From IMG/VR virus record IMGVR_UViG_3300042299_000585, positions 1-37,655 of that record: a DNA stretch of 37,655 nt; one strand, written 5' to 3'. The notes below the pieces were generated by a model. It worked only from the letters and a program-made list of their open reading frames with translations, did not search any database and was not told the DNA's origin. Both the position numbers and the translations under genes were made by a program. Source of the stretch: a virus. Lineage: Duplodnaviria > Caudoviricetes. This document shows positions 9,386-17,879 of the stretch, piece by piece; within the stretch, counting starts at the first letter, position 1, and every line of letters starts with the position of its first letter.

Positions 9386-10345
9386 TCACGCCGCTTCAAG
9401 GGCCCAGAGCACGGCGTCTTCGTCGCGCTGGTGCATGTGGCGCCAACTCACCAGCCCCGGCGCGTGGGCAGCGTCGGCGCCTTCTGTGGTTTGCACCGCA
9501 GCCACCACGAGCACGCGGCCCGCGGCGGCGGTGCTGTCTTGCGACTCGGACGCGCTGCATGCGGCCACGCAGGGCGCGGGCACGGGCGGCTGCACCTGCC
9601 CCTGCAGGCGCGGATCCACCCAGCGCCCGCTGCGGCGCCGCACGCGCGCGGCACCCTGGCCTGCACCACCCTCTGCCTGCGCTGGCGCAGCGGCAGACTC
9701 AGCAGCCTGGAACACGTCGGCCAGCTCGGTGACGGCCAGCAGGCCTGTCAGTGCGCTGAGCTGCACCTGCCCGGTGGCGGCCAGTGCGTCTGCCTGTTCA
9801 GCGGCATCCAGCACCCCAGTGAGCAGGCTGAATTGCACCTGCCCGGCTGCGGCAACAGCGTCTGCCTGCTCGGTAAGCTCAAGCAGGCCAGTGACCGCCG
9901 GGCTGATGACAGCGCCCTGCAGATCGACCGCATCGGCAGACTCGGTGAGCACCAGGCTGCCGCCACTGGCCACCGCACCGAGCAGCGCGCCTGCATCTTC
10001 CTGCTCAGTGACACCCAGCGAGCCGGTCGCGCGCACCGCGCCGGCCATGGCCACAACCTCTGCAGCCTCTGTGACGCTGAGCAGACCAGAGACGCGAACC
10101 GCGCCCGCGATGGCCGCTGTGTCACCTTGCTCGGTGGTGCTGAAGGTGCCAGTGACAGGCCCCGCTCCGCCGCTGACGCTGCCGACGGCCGCTGCGGCGT
10201 CCTGCGCCTCCGTGAGTGCCAGGCTGCCGCTGAGTGCCGCCAAGCCAAAGAAAGCGCTTGTGAACAGCGATGCCGAGGCACCGTCATTCAGGGGCGCGGC
10301 TGTACGCGGTTTGCGAACGTAGGGGCTGCGCAGCGGGAGCGCCAT
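9386..10345 (-). CDS. Repeat-containing virion protein (about 10 repeats of 21-24 aa), putative fibre thread
   Basis: Repeats of consensus (V/L)TG.L..TE..D...A.G.V; located in the head module. Confidence 0.7.
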   Translation of the reverse strand: MALPLRSPYVRKPRTAAPLNDGASASLFTSAFFGLAALSGSLALTEAQDAAAAVGSVSGGAGPVTGTFSTTEQGDTAAIAGAVRVSGLLSVTEAAEVVAMAGAVRATGSLGVTEQEDAGALLGAVASGGSLVLTESADAVDLQGAVISPAVTGLLELTEQADAVAAAGQVQFSLLTGVLDAAEQADALAATGQVQLSALTGLLAVTELADVFQAAESAAAPAQAEGGAGQGAARVRRRSGRWVDPRLQGQVQPPVPAPCVAACSASESQDSTAAAGRVLVVAAVQTTEGADAAHAPGLVSWRHMHQRDEDAVLWALEAA

Positions 10346-10348
10346 ACG

Positions 10349-11173
10349 CTACCCGTGGGCGATCTTGCCCTGGCCGCGTACGGTGCCGGTGCTGGTGGTG
10401 CTGCAGATCATGACCATCTGCAGGCAGGAATCGTTGGGGATGATGGGCAGGCCGAGCTGGGCCCAGTCGAATTGCTCGGCCTTGTTGGCCACGTTGGCAT
10501 TGACCACGGTGCGCGGCCGGGTGGCCGTGAAGCCGAAGCTGCCGGCCGCACCGGTGGTGGCCGACAGGGTGACGCTGTTGACGCCGCGAATGAACCGGCC
10601 CGCGACAGCAGACACCAGCGGATACAGGCGGCCAGCGCGCGGCGTGGCGCCCAGGGCGATGGCTGCGAGGTTGCCGGTGGAGGCGTCATCGTAGGTGACG
10701 TTGACGGTGGCGTTGACGCCGGTAAAGCCGAGGTCGGTGTAAATCTCAAGCCACCACTGCACCTCGCTGTAGTTGGCATGGCCACGCCGGCCTGCCGGCA
10801 GGCCACCGCCCAGCGTGGACAGATCGATGCCGACGGTTTGGGCGGTGGTGACGGTACCGCTCAGGCCACCCATGTGCGCCAGGCGGTCATGCACTTCGAC
10901 GCCGGTGGCTGCGTTGCCGGTGGTGAGGGTTTGCCAGGCGTAGTAGCTGGCTGCCGGAGCGGTCTGGTTGTCGAAGCCCATGGCGCCGGTGAGCCCCTTG
11001 GTGCACAGCGCGGCCGCGCCCGGGATGGCGCCTTGGCCAGGTACGCCTGTGGCGCGCCACAGACTGAACACCTGACCGGCCGCCGCGTTGGCGAGGCTGG
11101 CCTTGTCCCAGACGATGCGGCTGGAGTTATTGGCCAGCGCGTCGAGCAGCTGGTCGAGGGTAGTGATGCTCAT
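10349..11173 (-). CDS. Putative virion structural beta-sandwich protein (fibre tip candidate)
   Basis: 274 aa, Gly/Ala/Thr-rich with a beta-strand pattern; tightly spaced with its neighbours. Confidence 0.6.
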   Translation of the reverse strand: MSITTLDQLLDALANNSSRIVWDKASLANAAAGQVFSLWRATGVPGQGAIPGAAALCTKGLTGAMGFDNQTAPAASYYAWQTLTTGNAATGVEVHDRLAHMGGLSGTVTTAQTVGIDLSTLGGGLPAGRRGHANYSEVQWWLEIYTDLGFTGVNATVNVTYDDASTGNLAAIALGATPRAGRLYPLVSAVAGRFIRGVNSVTLSATTGAAGSFGFTATRPRTVVNANVANKAEQFDWAQLGLPIIPNDSCLQMVMICSTTSTGTVRGQGKIAHG

Positions 11174-11176
11174 GGT

Positions 11177-11563
11177 TCAGGCAGCGTGCGTGATGGACGC
11201 GGAGGTGATTTCCACCGTTTGGCCGGTGGAGATGCTGACGCTGTTGAGCTGGATGTCGCCACCGCCGCCGGTGGCGGTGACGGTGAGGCCGGTGACGATG
11301 TCGTTGCCGCTGCTGTCGCGGATGCGGGCGGCGGCGGCGGTGCCGGTGGCGTTGGCGCTGGTATCTGAGCGCGGCATGCCGCTGAACGTGAGCACGCCGG
11401 AGGCCACAGTGCCGCAGGGATCTGCAAGCGTGATATCGGCCAGCACCACGGCCATGCCGGCGGTACCGATCTGCAGCACGCCCGGGCCGGTGCCGCTGTC
11501 GATGTCATCGCGCACGGCGGTCATGCGGGTGTTCTTGAGCGTGGTGCGGTAGCTGGCGGGCAT
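11177..11563 (-). CDS. Small virion structural protein (fibre bead/collar candidate)
   Basis: 128 aa beta-rich, DTSANATGTAAAARIRDSSG...DIQLNSVSISTGQTVEITS; directly after portal. Confidence 0.65.
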   Translation of the reverse strand: MPASYRTTLKNTRMTAVRDDIDSGTGPGVLQIGTAGMAVVLADITLADPCGTVASGVLTFSGMPRSDTSANATGTAAAARIRDSSGNDIVTGLTVTATGGGGDIQLNSVSISTGQTVEITSASITHAA

Positions 11564-11569
11564 GGCGGC

Positions 11570-13462
11570 TTACTCCTGAGTGGCTTGAGTGGCAGCGCGC
11601 TCAAGCGCGGCTTGGGCCTGCGCCACTTCGTCGGGGGTCATGGGCACCTGCACGGTGCCGCGGATGAGGTGGGTATCGGGGTCGCGATCAGCCACGGTGC
11701 GCATTGGCGTGGTGGCATGCGTGTGGCTGTGCTGGTGGTGCGCCACGTTGACCACCGGCGCGGGGGCCTCACGCACGCAGGTGGCCAGCGCGTCGATGGA
11801 TGCGCGAAGCGCCGCGGCGGCCACGGCCTCACCGCGCGCCTCTGCGGCGGCGGCCTCAGCCTGCAGGCGGGCAAGCTCGCGCTGCTCTGCAGCCGCCACT
11901 TCAGCGTTGAGCCGCTCGATCTCGCGCTGCAGCGCATGCTGCTGAGCCTGCAGCGCCACCTGCTGCGCACGGCTTTCTGCCTGCGCAGCAGTGGCGGCGG
12001 GATCTGTGGGGCCGAACTTCCAGGCCATCATGTGCTGCAGCCAGCCGCTTTGCTCCATGGCCTGCAGGTTGGCGGCGGCCTGTGTGTTGACCTGGGCAAA
12101 GCTGTAGCCGCGTTTGCGCAGCTTTTCCTCATGACTGGCCAGACCGCCGAAGATCTCATCGAGGTCTGCGCGGACTTCCTTTTCGGGGTCCACGTAGTCC
12201 CATTTGGGGGTGGACCAGTCCACGGCGTAGTCGGCGCTGCGGACGATGCCGGCCAGCACGCAAGCGTCCACGAACGCGCGCCAGATGGGCTCACACAGCC
12301 GGGGCACGACACACTGCCACTGGTGCTGCTCGATGTTGCGGCGGAACTCGATCAGCGCCACGCGGGCGCTGCTGTAGTTCACGCCGGTCATGTCGCCCGT
12401 GAGCTGCTCATAGGTGACGCCGATGCCGGCGGCCACGGCATGGAGCTGGGTGCGCAGGTACTCGTTGAAGCCAGGCGCGGCCTTGGGCTCCACCACGGTG
12501 ATGCTGCCGCCGGGCGGCAAGCCCATGACGCTGCCGCTGGGCAGGCTGCCCAGCTCACCGGTGCGCGCCGCGGTGGATGCGGCACCCGCCTGGCTGCCGC
12601 CTGCATCGATGGCGAGGTCTTCAGGCTCGCCGGTGACCAGCACGGACAAGCGGGTTTCGAGGTTCTTGCGGGCGAGCTCGGCGTCTTCCAGCACCATGAG
12701 GTCGCGCGTGCGGACAATGACGCTGGCCAGATCTGTGACGCCCCGGCCCTGCCCCGGGCGGTCTGCCCGGTAGTAGTGCAGCACGCTGGCAGCGGGCACA
12801 AAGCGGCTGCCGGCGATGCGGCCGCGCAGGGTGACCAGCTCACCGGGGTGCTGGTCGTAGAGCCAATAACCCACCACGCGGCCCAGCGGGTTGTACTGGA
12901 TGCCGTTGATGATGGTGTCTGCCCCGGCCATTTCATTCTTGGCGCTGTCCAGCCAGTCGATTTCCAGCACCTGCAGCTGCAGGGGCACGCGCAGGCCGTC
13001 TGTGGTGCGGCGCGGGCGCAGGCGCACGAGCACCTCACCGTCGCGGCTGCGGGTGCGCTCGCACAGGGTTTGCAGGCCGTAGAGGTTGTTGCGGCCGTCT
13101 GCGTCGCACTGCGCGACGAACTGCTCCCAGGCGGCATCGAGCGCGGCACGGTCGCGCTCACTGGCGGCCATGCTTTTGGGCGTGATGCCGCTGCCCACGG
13201 TGTTGGCCACCTTGGCGCCAATGCCGCGGGCGATGTAGGGGTTGTTCTCTTCGAGGCTGCGGGCGCGGTGCCGCAGCTCTGCAGCACTGGCGCGGTGCTC
13301 TGTGTTGGCACTGGCGCCGGCGCGCTTTGGCCGCCAACCATCGAGCCGGCTGGCGCCTTCGTACCCACGCGCCAAGGTGCCCATGGCCAGGCGGGCACGC
13401 TGGCGGCGCAGCCCGCTGGCGGGGCTGACGTAGCTGACGAGGCGGTCCAGCAGGTTCATCAT
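11570..13462 (-). CDS. Lambda-family portal protein with C-terminal extension
   Basis: YEGAS, LRHRARSLEENNPY, RDGEVL, RPGQGRGV, LTGDMTGVNYSSARVALIEF and WDYVDPEKE motifs. Confidence 0.96.
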   Translation of the reverse strand: MMNLLDRLVSYVSPASGLRRQRARLAMGTLARGYEGASRLDGWRPKRAGASANTEHRASAAELRHRARSLEENNPYIARGIGAKVANTVGSGITPKSMAASERDRAALDAAWEQFVAQCDADGRNNLYGLQTLCERTRSRDGEVLVRLRPRRTTDGLRVPLQLQVLEIDWLDSAKNEMAGADTIINGIQYNPLGRVVGYWLYDQHPGELVTLRGRIAGSRFVPAASVLHYYRADRPGQGRGVTDLASVIVRTRDLMVLEDAELARKNLETRLSVLVTGEPEDLAIDAGGSQAGAASTAARTGELGSLPSGSVMGLPPGGSITVVEPKAAPGFNEYLRTQLHAVAAGIGVTYEQLTGDMTGVNYSSARVALIEFRRNIEQHQWQCVVPRLCEPIWRAFVDACVLAGIVRSADYAVDWSTPKWDYVDPEKEVRADLDEIFGGLASHEEKLRKRGYSFAQVNTQAAANLQAMEQSGWLQHMMAWKFGPTDPAATAAQAESRAQQVALQAQQHALQREIERLNAEVAAAEQRELARLQAEAAAAEARGEAVAAAALRASIDALATCVREAPAPVVNVAHHQHSHTHATTPMRTVADRDPDTHLIRGTVQVPMTPDEVAQAQAALERAATQATQE

Positions 13463-13671
13463 TCGCCCCGGTGGGTGCTGAAGGTGAACCGATACGCAGC
13501 CCGGCGCGGCGTGCCCACGCTTTTGGCAATGACGGACTGGACGTGGTCACGCGCGGCCTTGAGCTCTTCGATAGACCGGTACTTGACGGACTTGCCGTCG
13601 ATGGTGACTTCCAGCTCAGCGCCTGCAATGGCAGTGTCGAGCCGGTCCAGGTCGGATTGAGTGAGGGCCAT
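13459..13671 (-). CDS. Head-tail joining protein gpW-like
   Basis: 70 aa, LDRLDTAIAGAELEVTIDGKSVKYRSIEEL; immediately precedes the portal. Confidence 0.9.
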   Translation of the reverse strand: MALTQSDLDRLDTAIAGAELEVTIDGKSVKYRSIEELKAARDHVQSVIAKSVGTPRRAAYRFTFSTHRGE

Positions 13672-13727
13672 GCCAGCCAGTGTGGCGGGCGGGGTGTCTC
13701 AAAGTCAGAGAAAGTGAGACGGTTTTT
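13672..13727 (-). promoter_or_regulatory. Putative activator-dependent late promoter, copy 2 (gpW-portal)
   Basis: 30/33 identity to 9341-9373, the same CACACT hexamer and the same spacing to the ATG. Confidence 0.75.
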
Positions 13728-14058
13728 ATCGGGTTCGAATGCCCGCAAAAACCCGCCCACCCTCAGCGGTTGAGCAGCACGCCGGATAAAGCAGACCGTG
13801 CAAGCTGTTGAAGCCGCAGGCCACATGCACTCGGTTGCATTCTGGGCACATCCACGCATGGTGGGACCACCATGACTCACCAGGCACCGGCTTGCCCGCC
13901 GGCCAGTGTTCTCGGTAGGTGTAGGTGTCGTTGAACACTTTGGCGATCGCGGCACGCGCCGCAGCACCCGTGCGCTGCTGAATGCGCTGCTTGATGGGCT
14001 CACGCAGATCTTGAGGTGTGAAGATGAGCGCGATGCGCTCACGTAGCGTTGCAGACAT
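13726..14058 (-). CDS. Hypothetical protein with Cys/His cluster (possible Zn binding)
   Basis: 110 aa, HHAWMCPECNRVHVAC...PACC; ATG overlaps the Mor stop; less GC-biased codon usage than flanking genes. Confidence 0.65.
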   Translation of the reverse strand: MSATLRERIALIFTPQDLREPIKQRIQQRTGAAARAAIAKVFNDTYTYREHWPAGKPVPGESWWSHHAWMCPECNRVHVACGFNSLHGLLYPACCSTAEGGRVFAGIRTR

Positions 14059-14522
14059 CAGCGCTCCCCTGCCGTCTTGACCATGCGGTACACGGTGGAC
14101 CGCCCGATCTTTAGGCGGCGGGCAATCTCGGTGGCGTTGCGGCCGTTGAACATGCGGCGCACCTGGGCGACGCGGTCGCCGCGATCGCGGGTGGTCTGCT
14201 TGGCCACGTAGACGGTGTCGCCACCGAACTCTTGGCGAAGGCGCTGCTCGACGGCGGCCAGGGTGGCGGCATCGAGCTCTGGCCGCTCTTGGCCAATGAA
14301 GGCAACCATGCGGGCCACGAGGTCAGGCTCAGGCACAAATTGAGGGCGCACCACGCCCGGCGCCGCGCTGGCCGTTTTTGATTTGTGCTGCACCACGGCA
14401 GCAGGCTGCTCCGACTGTGCACTGCGGATCTCTGCAGATTGATGGGCCACAGCGCCACTGGCCGAAAGCGGCGCAACGCTGCTCGGCTGCATGGGCTGTG
14501 GGGGTTTGTTTTGCTGGGCCAT
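14058..14522 (-). CDS. Mor/C-family transcription activator
   Basis: RQEFGGDTVYVAK...RMFNGRNATEIARRLKIGRSTVYRMVK matches the Mor dimerisation and HTH motifs; ATG at 14522 follows the terL stop. Confidence 0.85.
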   Translation of the reverse strand: MAQQNKPPQPMQPSSVAPLSASGAVAHQSAEIRSAQSEQPAAVVQHKSKTASAAPGVVRPQFVPEPDLVARMVAFIGQERPELDAATLAAVEQRLRQEFGGDTVYVAKQTTRDRGDRVAQVRRMFNGRNATEIARRLKIGRSTVYRMVKTAGER

Positions 14523-14526
14523 GGGC

Positions 14527-16620
14527 TTAGAGGTCTCGGTTGCGGATGCCGGGCCAGCGGCTGGTGCGGGGGCTGGCAGGCGACGGTTGGCGGGCGGGCG
14601 CGGGGCTGGGCTGAGCATGGGCAGGGGCCTCTGCGGTGGGGGTGGCAGGCGGGGTGATGGCAGAGCCGCTGGATGGGGCAGCGGCTGGATCTGGCGCAGC
14701 GGCAGGCTGGGCAAAGAGGTCTGGCGTGGCGCTCTGGCCGCTGCGCAGGGCAAGGCGGTCCCAGTCGGGCGCACGCCAGCGGTTGATGCCCAGAAACACG
14801 GCCAGGGCGTAGGCGTAGACAAAGCAGTCGAGCGCCTCATTGCGGCGGCCCGGGGGCTTGACCCATTCGAGCTTGGCGTGGCCCTTGACGTAGCGGGTGA
14901 CCAGGCGCTCTGCCGTGAGCTGGTCGAACTCTTCGGCCGGCACGGCCTGGGTGAGGTGGACGTAGCCGGGGCCGGGCTTGTCCAGACGCATGCGGCCGTA
15001 GAGCAAGGCCTTGATGGTGTCCACACCCACGGCCCAGAGCTTGACGCCGCCGCGCTTGATGGCTTGGCCCCGGTGGTTGATGTCCACATTGGTGGGCTTG
15101 CCCAGCGCGGGGCGACCGCTGCCGCCCACGCCCTTGATGGCGAGCACGTTGCGGTGCTGCATGGCGCGGGCGAACTCATACACCTGGCGGGTGTGGTGGC
15201 CGCCGCTGTCTACGGCGCAGCCCATGACGGGCATGTCGATGCCGTTGGCGTGCTTGATGGGGGTGAGGATGCGCTCGCGCAGGATGTTCCAAGGCGAGCC
15301 TTCTTGGCCCAGGGGCAGCGCGGGGTCGCCATAGATGACCTCACGGTCCACGAGCCAGCTCTCTTCGCCACGGCCAAAGCCCCAGACGCGGTACTCGAGG
15401 CGGTCGCCTTGCACGTCTGCGCCCATGCACAGGGCCAGCGCGCCCCAGGGCACGGTGCGCAGGGGGTAGGTCTCTGCGCGGCGGGCCAGCTCGTGGCCGG
15501 CCACGCGGTCGCCCTGCTCTTCGAAGGTTTCGGCCAGGCGAGTGTTGATGAAGGCGCGCAGCTTGGAAACATCGCCCTGGCGCGCGGCGTCCATGGCGGC
15601 GCACCACTCTCGCACCAGCTCGCGCCAGCTGAGCCAGCCCAGGGGGCTGTAGAGGCTGCTGAGGTGGAAGCCGCGCACTCGGCCGGCCTGGGCGCCAGGG
15701 TTGTGCGCTACCCACTGGCCACCGGCCAGCATGGCGGGCTTGTGGTGTTCGTGCACGATGCAGCCGTTGGCCTTGCAGACGTAGTGCACGGTGTCCAGCC
15801 GCGGGGCGCCGGATTCGTCGCGGTCCCACTTGATGCCGTGGGCTTGGTCTGCGCCCCACTCAAGGCGCTGGGCTTCACCGCAGTGCGGGCAGTGGACGTG
15901 GAAGTAGCAGCGGTCTGAGGCCTCGAAGGCGGACTCGATGCGGCTGAAGCCCTTGGTGGTGGGCGTGCTGGTCTTGACGCGCTTGCGGCGGGCGAATGTG
16001 GACTGCCGCGCTTCGGCCAGGGTGACGGGGTCGCCTTCTCCGTCTACATCGATGGGGTACGCGTCGATCTCATCGAGCGCGAGGTCGCGCACGGGCATGG
16101 AGCGCAGACCGGCAGCGCTGTTGGCGCCGGCCAGCGCGAGGAAGCCGCCGGGGTATTCCTTCAGCAGGGTGGTGTTGGCATCGTCGCGGCTGCGGTTCTC
16201 ACGCACCTTGCGGCGCAGCGCGGGGCTTTCCTCGATCATGGGGGTGAGGCGTTGGCGGCTGTAGCGCTTGGCCATGTCGATGGTGGGCTGCACCACCATC
16301 ATGGGGCCGGGGCTGACATCGACCAGGTACGCCACCCAGTTGCTCAGGATGGTGGTCTTGGAGGTCTGCGCGCCCCACATCAGGACGACCTCTTCCACGG
16401 TGGACGTGGCAGAAAGGCAGTCCTGCGGCTCGCGCGCGTAGGGCGTGCGGGCCACGCGGTACGGGCCGGGCTCGGCACTGTCTTTGCCGCTGAGCACGCG
16501 GTTGCGCTCTGCCCACTCGGTAACGGTGAGCCGCGGCGGCGGGGCCATGAACTCGGCAATGAGCTCACGCACCAGCGAGGCTGGGCAGGCCAGGCCAACG
16601 GTGGCGTCACGTGCCACCAT
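14527..16620 (-). CDS. terL: Terminase large subunit, lambda gpA family
   Basis: TVTEWAE, TPYAREP, GAQTSKT (Walker A), LALDEID (Walker B), STPT, CPHCG, HLSSLYSP, GADVQ, DSGG and RNEALDC motifs. Confidence 0.96.
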   Translation of the reverse strand: MVARDATVGLACPASLVRELIAEFMAPPPRLTVTEWAERNRVLSGKDSAEPGPYRVARTPYAREPQDCLSATSTVEEVVLMWGAQTSKTTILSNWVAYLVDVSPGPMMVVQPTIDMAKRYSRQRLTPMIEESPALRRKVRENRSRDDANTTLLKEYPGGFLALAGANSAAGLRSMPVRDLALDEIDAYPIDVDGEGDPVTLAEARQSTFARRKRVKTSTPTTKGFSRIESAFEASDRCYFHVHCPHCGEAQRLEWGADQAHGIKWDRDESGAPRLDTVHYVCKANGCIVHEHHKPAMLAGGQWVAHNPGAQAGRVRGFHLSSLYSPLGWLSWRELVREWCAAMDAARQGDVSKLRAFINTRLAETFEEQGDRVAGHELARRAETYPLRTVPWGALALCMGADVQGDRLEYRVWGFGRGEESWLVDREVIYGDPALPLGQEGSPWNILRERILTPIKHANGIDMPVMGCAVDSGGHHTRQVYEFARAMQHRNVLAIKGVGGSGRPALGKPTNVDINHRGQAIKRGGVKLWAVGVDTIKALLYGRMRLDKPGPGYVHLTQAVPAEEFDQLTAERLVTRYVKGHAKLEWVKPPGRRNEALDCFVYAYALAVFLGINRWRAPDWDRLALRSGQSATPDLFAQPAAAPDPAAAPSSGSAITPPATPTAEAPAHAQPSPAPARQPSPASPRTSRWPGIRNRDL

Positions 16621-17155
16621 GATCCCCCGCCGTGGTGAATGCGTGCAGGGCCGCGTGCAGCTCTGCGTCGATGAGCTGCTGGCAGCGGGCAATGTCGGGC
16701 TCAGCCGCCACGAGCGGCGCCAGGCGCGCGCCCACCTGCAGCAGGCTGTCTTTGAATGCGCTCAGCTGGCTGGCCAGCTCGGCACGCACTTGGGCCTTGT
16801 CTACCAAGTCGCCCTTCAGCTTGAGCAGCGACAGCTCGGCCATCTCGGCCTCAGCGGCTTCGCGACGGGCGCGGGACTGCAGGTAGTCATCGGGCTTGGC
16901 ATCACCGCCCTGCCCCGCATCGCCCTTGGCTGCAGGCGCTGGCGCCAAGCCGGCCAGCTGCGCGCCTTTCTCGGTGGCGGGCTTGCTGTCGGCACGCGCC
17001 CGGGTGTTCGCAGCCCACTGGATGTCTGCCACCACGGGGTCGATCTTGCCCTCGATGAGCGAGATGCGCCCATCCTGCACGGCGCGAGTCACCGCGGCCG
17101 GGTCACACCCCCGCCGCCGCGCGTACTCTGCTTTGCTGATCAGCTCCCTGCTCAT
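16607..17155 (-). CDS. terS: Terminase small subunit (Nu1-like)
   Basis: N-terminal wHTH SKAEYARRRGCDPAAVTRAVQDGRI, coiled coil ARREAAEAEMAEL..GDLVD; directly upstream of terL. Confidence 0.88.
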   Translation of the reverse strand: MSRELISKAEYARRRGCDPAAVTRAVQDGRISLIEGKIDPVVADIQWAANTRARADSKPATEKGAQLAGLAPAPAAKGDAGQGGDAKPDDYLQSRARREAAEAEMAELSLLKLKGDLVDKAQVRAELASQLSAFKDSLLQVGARLAPLVAAEPDIARCQQLIDAELHAALHAFTTAGDHGGT

Positions 17156-17208
17156 TGACTTACCACCACCCCTTGAGTGATTCCTTGACTTTTCCCCCAC
17201 CCACCCAC

Positions 17209-17262
17209 TAGCGCTTTTTCGCGGTCGATTCGCACCCGCGCTGTAGGCCTTGGGAAGGACCC
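17209..17262 (-). other. Putative lambda-type cos (cosQ-cosN-I2)
   Basis: Minus strand GGGTCCT (lambda cosQ sequence) ... CGCGG-GTGCGAATCGA-CCGCG dyad, then CGCG-N6-CGCTA as in lambda; just upstream of terS. Confidence 0.75.
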
Positions 17263-17270
17263 GCGCGTCG

Positions 17271-17879
17271 TCATGGCGTGAACACCCCAGCCTTCTTGGC
17301 GTAGAACGCCAGCTCGCGCTCGAAGACGCGCGGGAAGATGTCCTCGATGGCTGCCACCACCGCTGCGTTGATGCGCTTGGCGTTGAACATCTGCCCCACG
17401 TCGATGGTGCTGACTGGCTTGAGCTGGTCATCGTGCTGGCCACCCCACTTGCGGGGCTTCGTGGTCATCTCGGTGCCCGGCAGTCTGAAGAACACCGTGC
17501 GCCCGGCATTGGCAATGAACGCACCGCGCAGCAGCTTGCGCCCGCCGGCCTTGCGAATGCGCACACTCACCCCCTGCGCCGTCTGGCGCGCGGTGAAGCG
17601 AATCACGTTCAGTGACCTGCCCCGGCCTGGCGTGACGTACAGCGCCGCTTCAATGCTGCGCCTGCTGCCATAGATGAACGCCCGCTTGATCTTCAGCCGC
17701 TCGCGCACGCTGCGCGCGTCGATCGCATACTCGGCACGGATCTCCCGACTCATGCGCGTGCGCGCCTGCTCGATGGTCCGGTTCAGCGCCCGCACCGTGG
17801 CCTTGTCGGCAATGTCCGTGCCGAACTGGCGCAGCGCCTTGGCTACCTGCGGGAAGTTGGTGTCGATGCTGATCTGCAT
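17271..17879 (-). CDS. Basic gpZ-like (minor tail Z family) protein
   Basis: RALNRT..ARTRMSREIRAEYAI, GVSVRIRK.GGRK...GAFIA...VFFR; Arg/Lys-rich. Confidence 0.65.
   Translation of the reverse strand: MQISIDTNFPQVAKALRQFGTDIADKATVRALNRTIEQARTRMSREIRAEYAIDARSVRERLKIKRAFIYGSRRSIEAALYVTPGRGRSLNVIRFTARQTAQGVSVRIRKAGGRKLLRGAFIANAGRTVFFRLPGTEMTTKPRKWGGQHDDQLKPVSTIDVGQMFNAKRINAAVVAAIEDIFPRVFERELAFYAKKAGVFTP

Noticed and set aside
14523-15179. 373-aa version of the Mor-like ORF (and the similar 278-aa terS and 721-aa terL extensions)
   Set aside because: The extensions overlap upstream genes or cos in another frame and are low-complexity; downstream ATGs fit the gene spacing.
118-17615. Long plus-strand ORFs (e.g. 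2431..4800, 9326..11368, 11585..13660, 14491..15918)
   Set aside because: Antisense shadows of high-GC structural genes, with no motifs and typical shadow composition.
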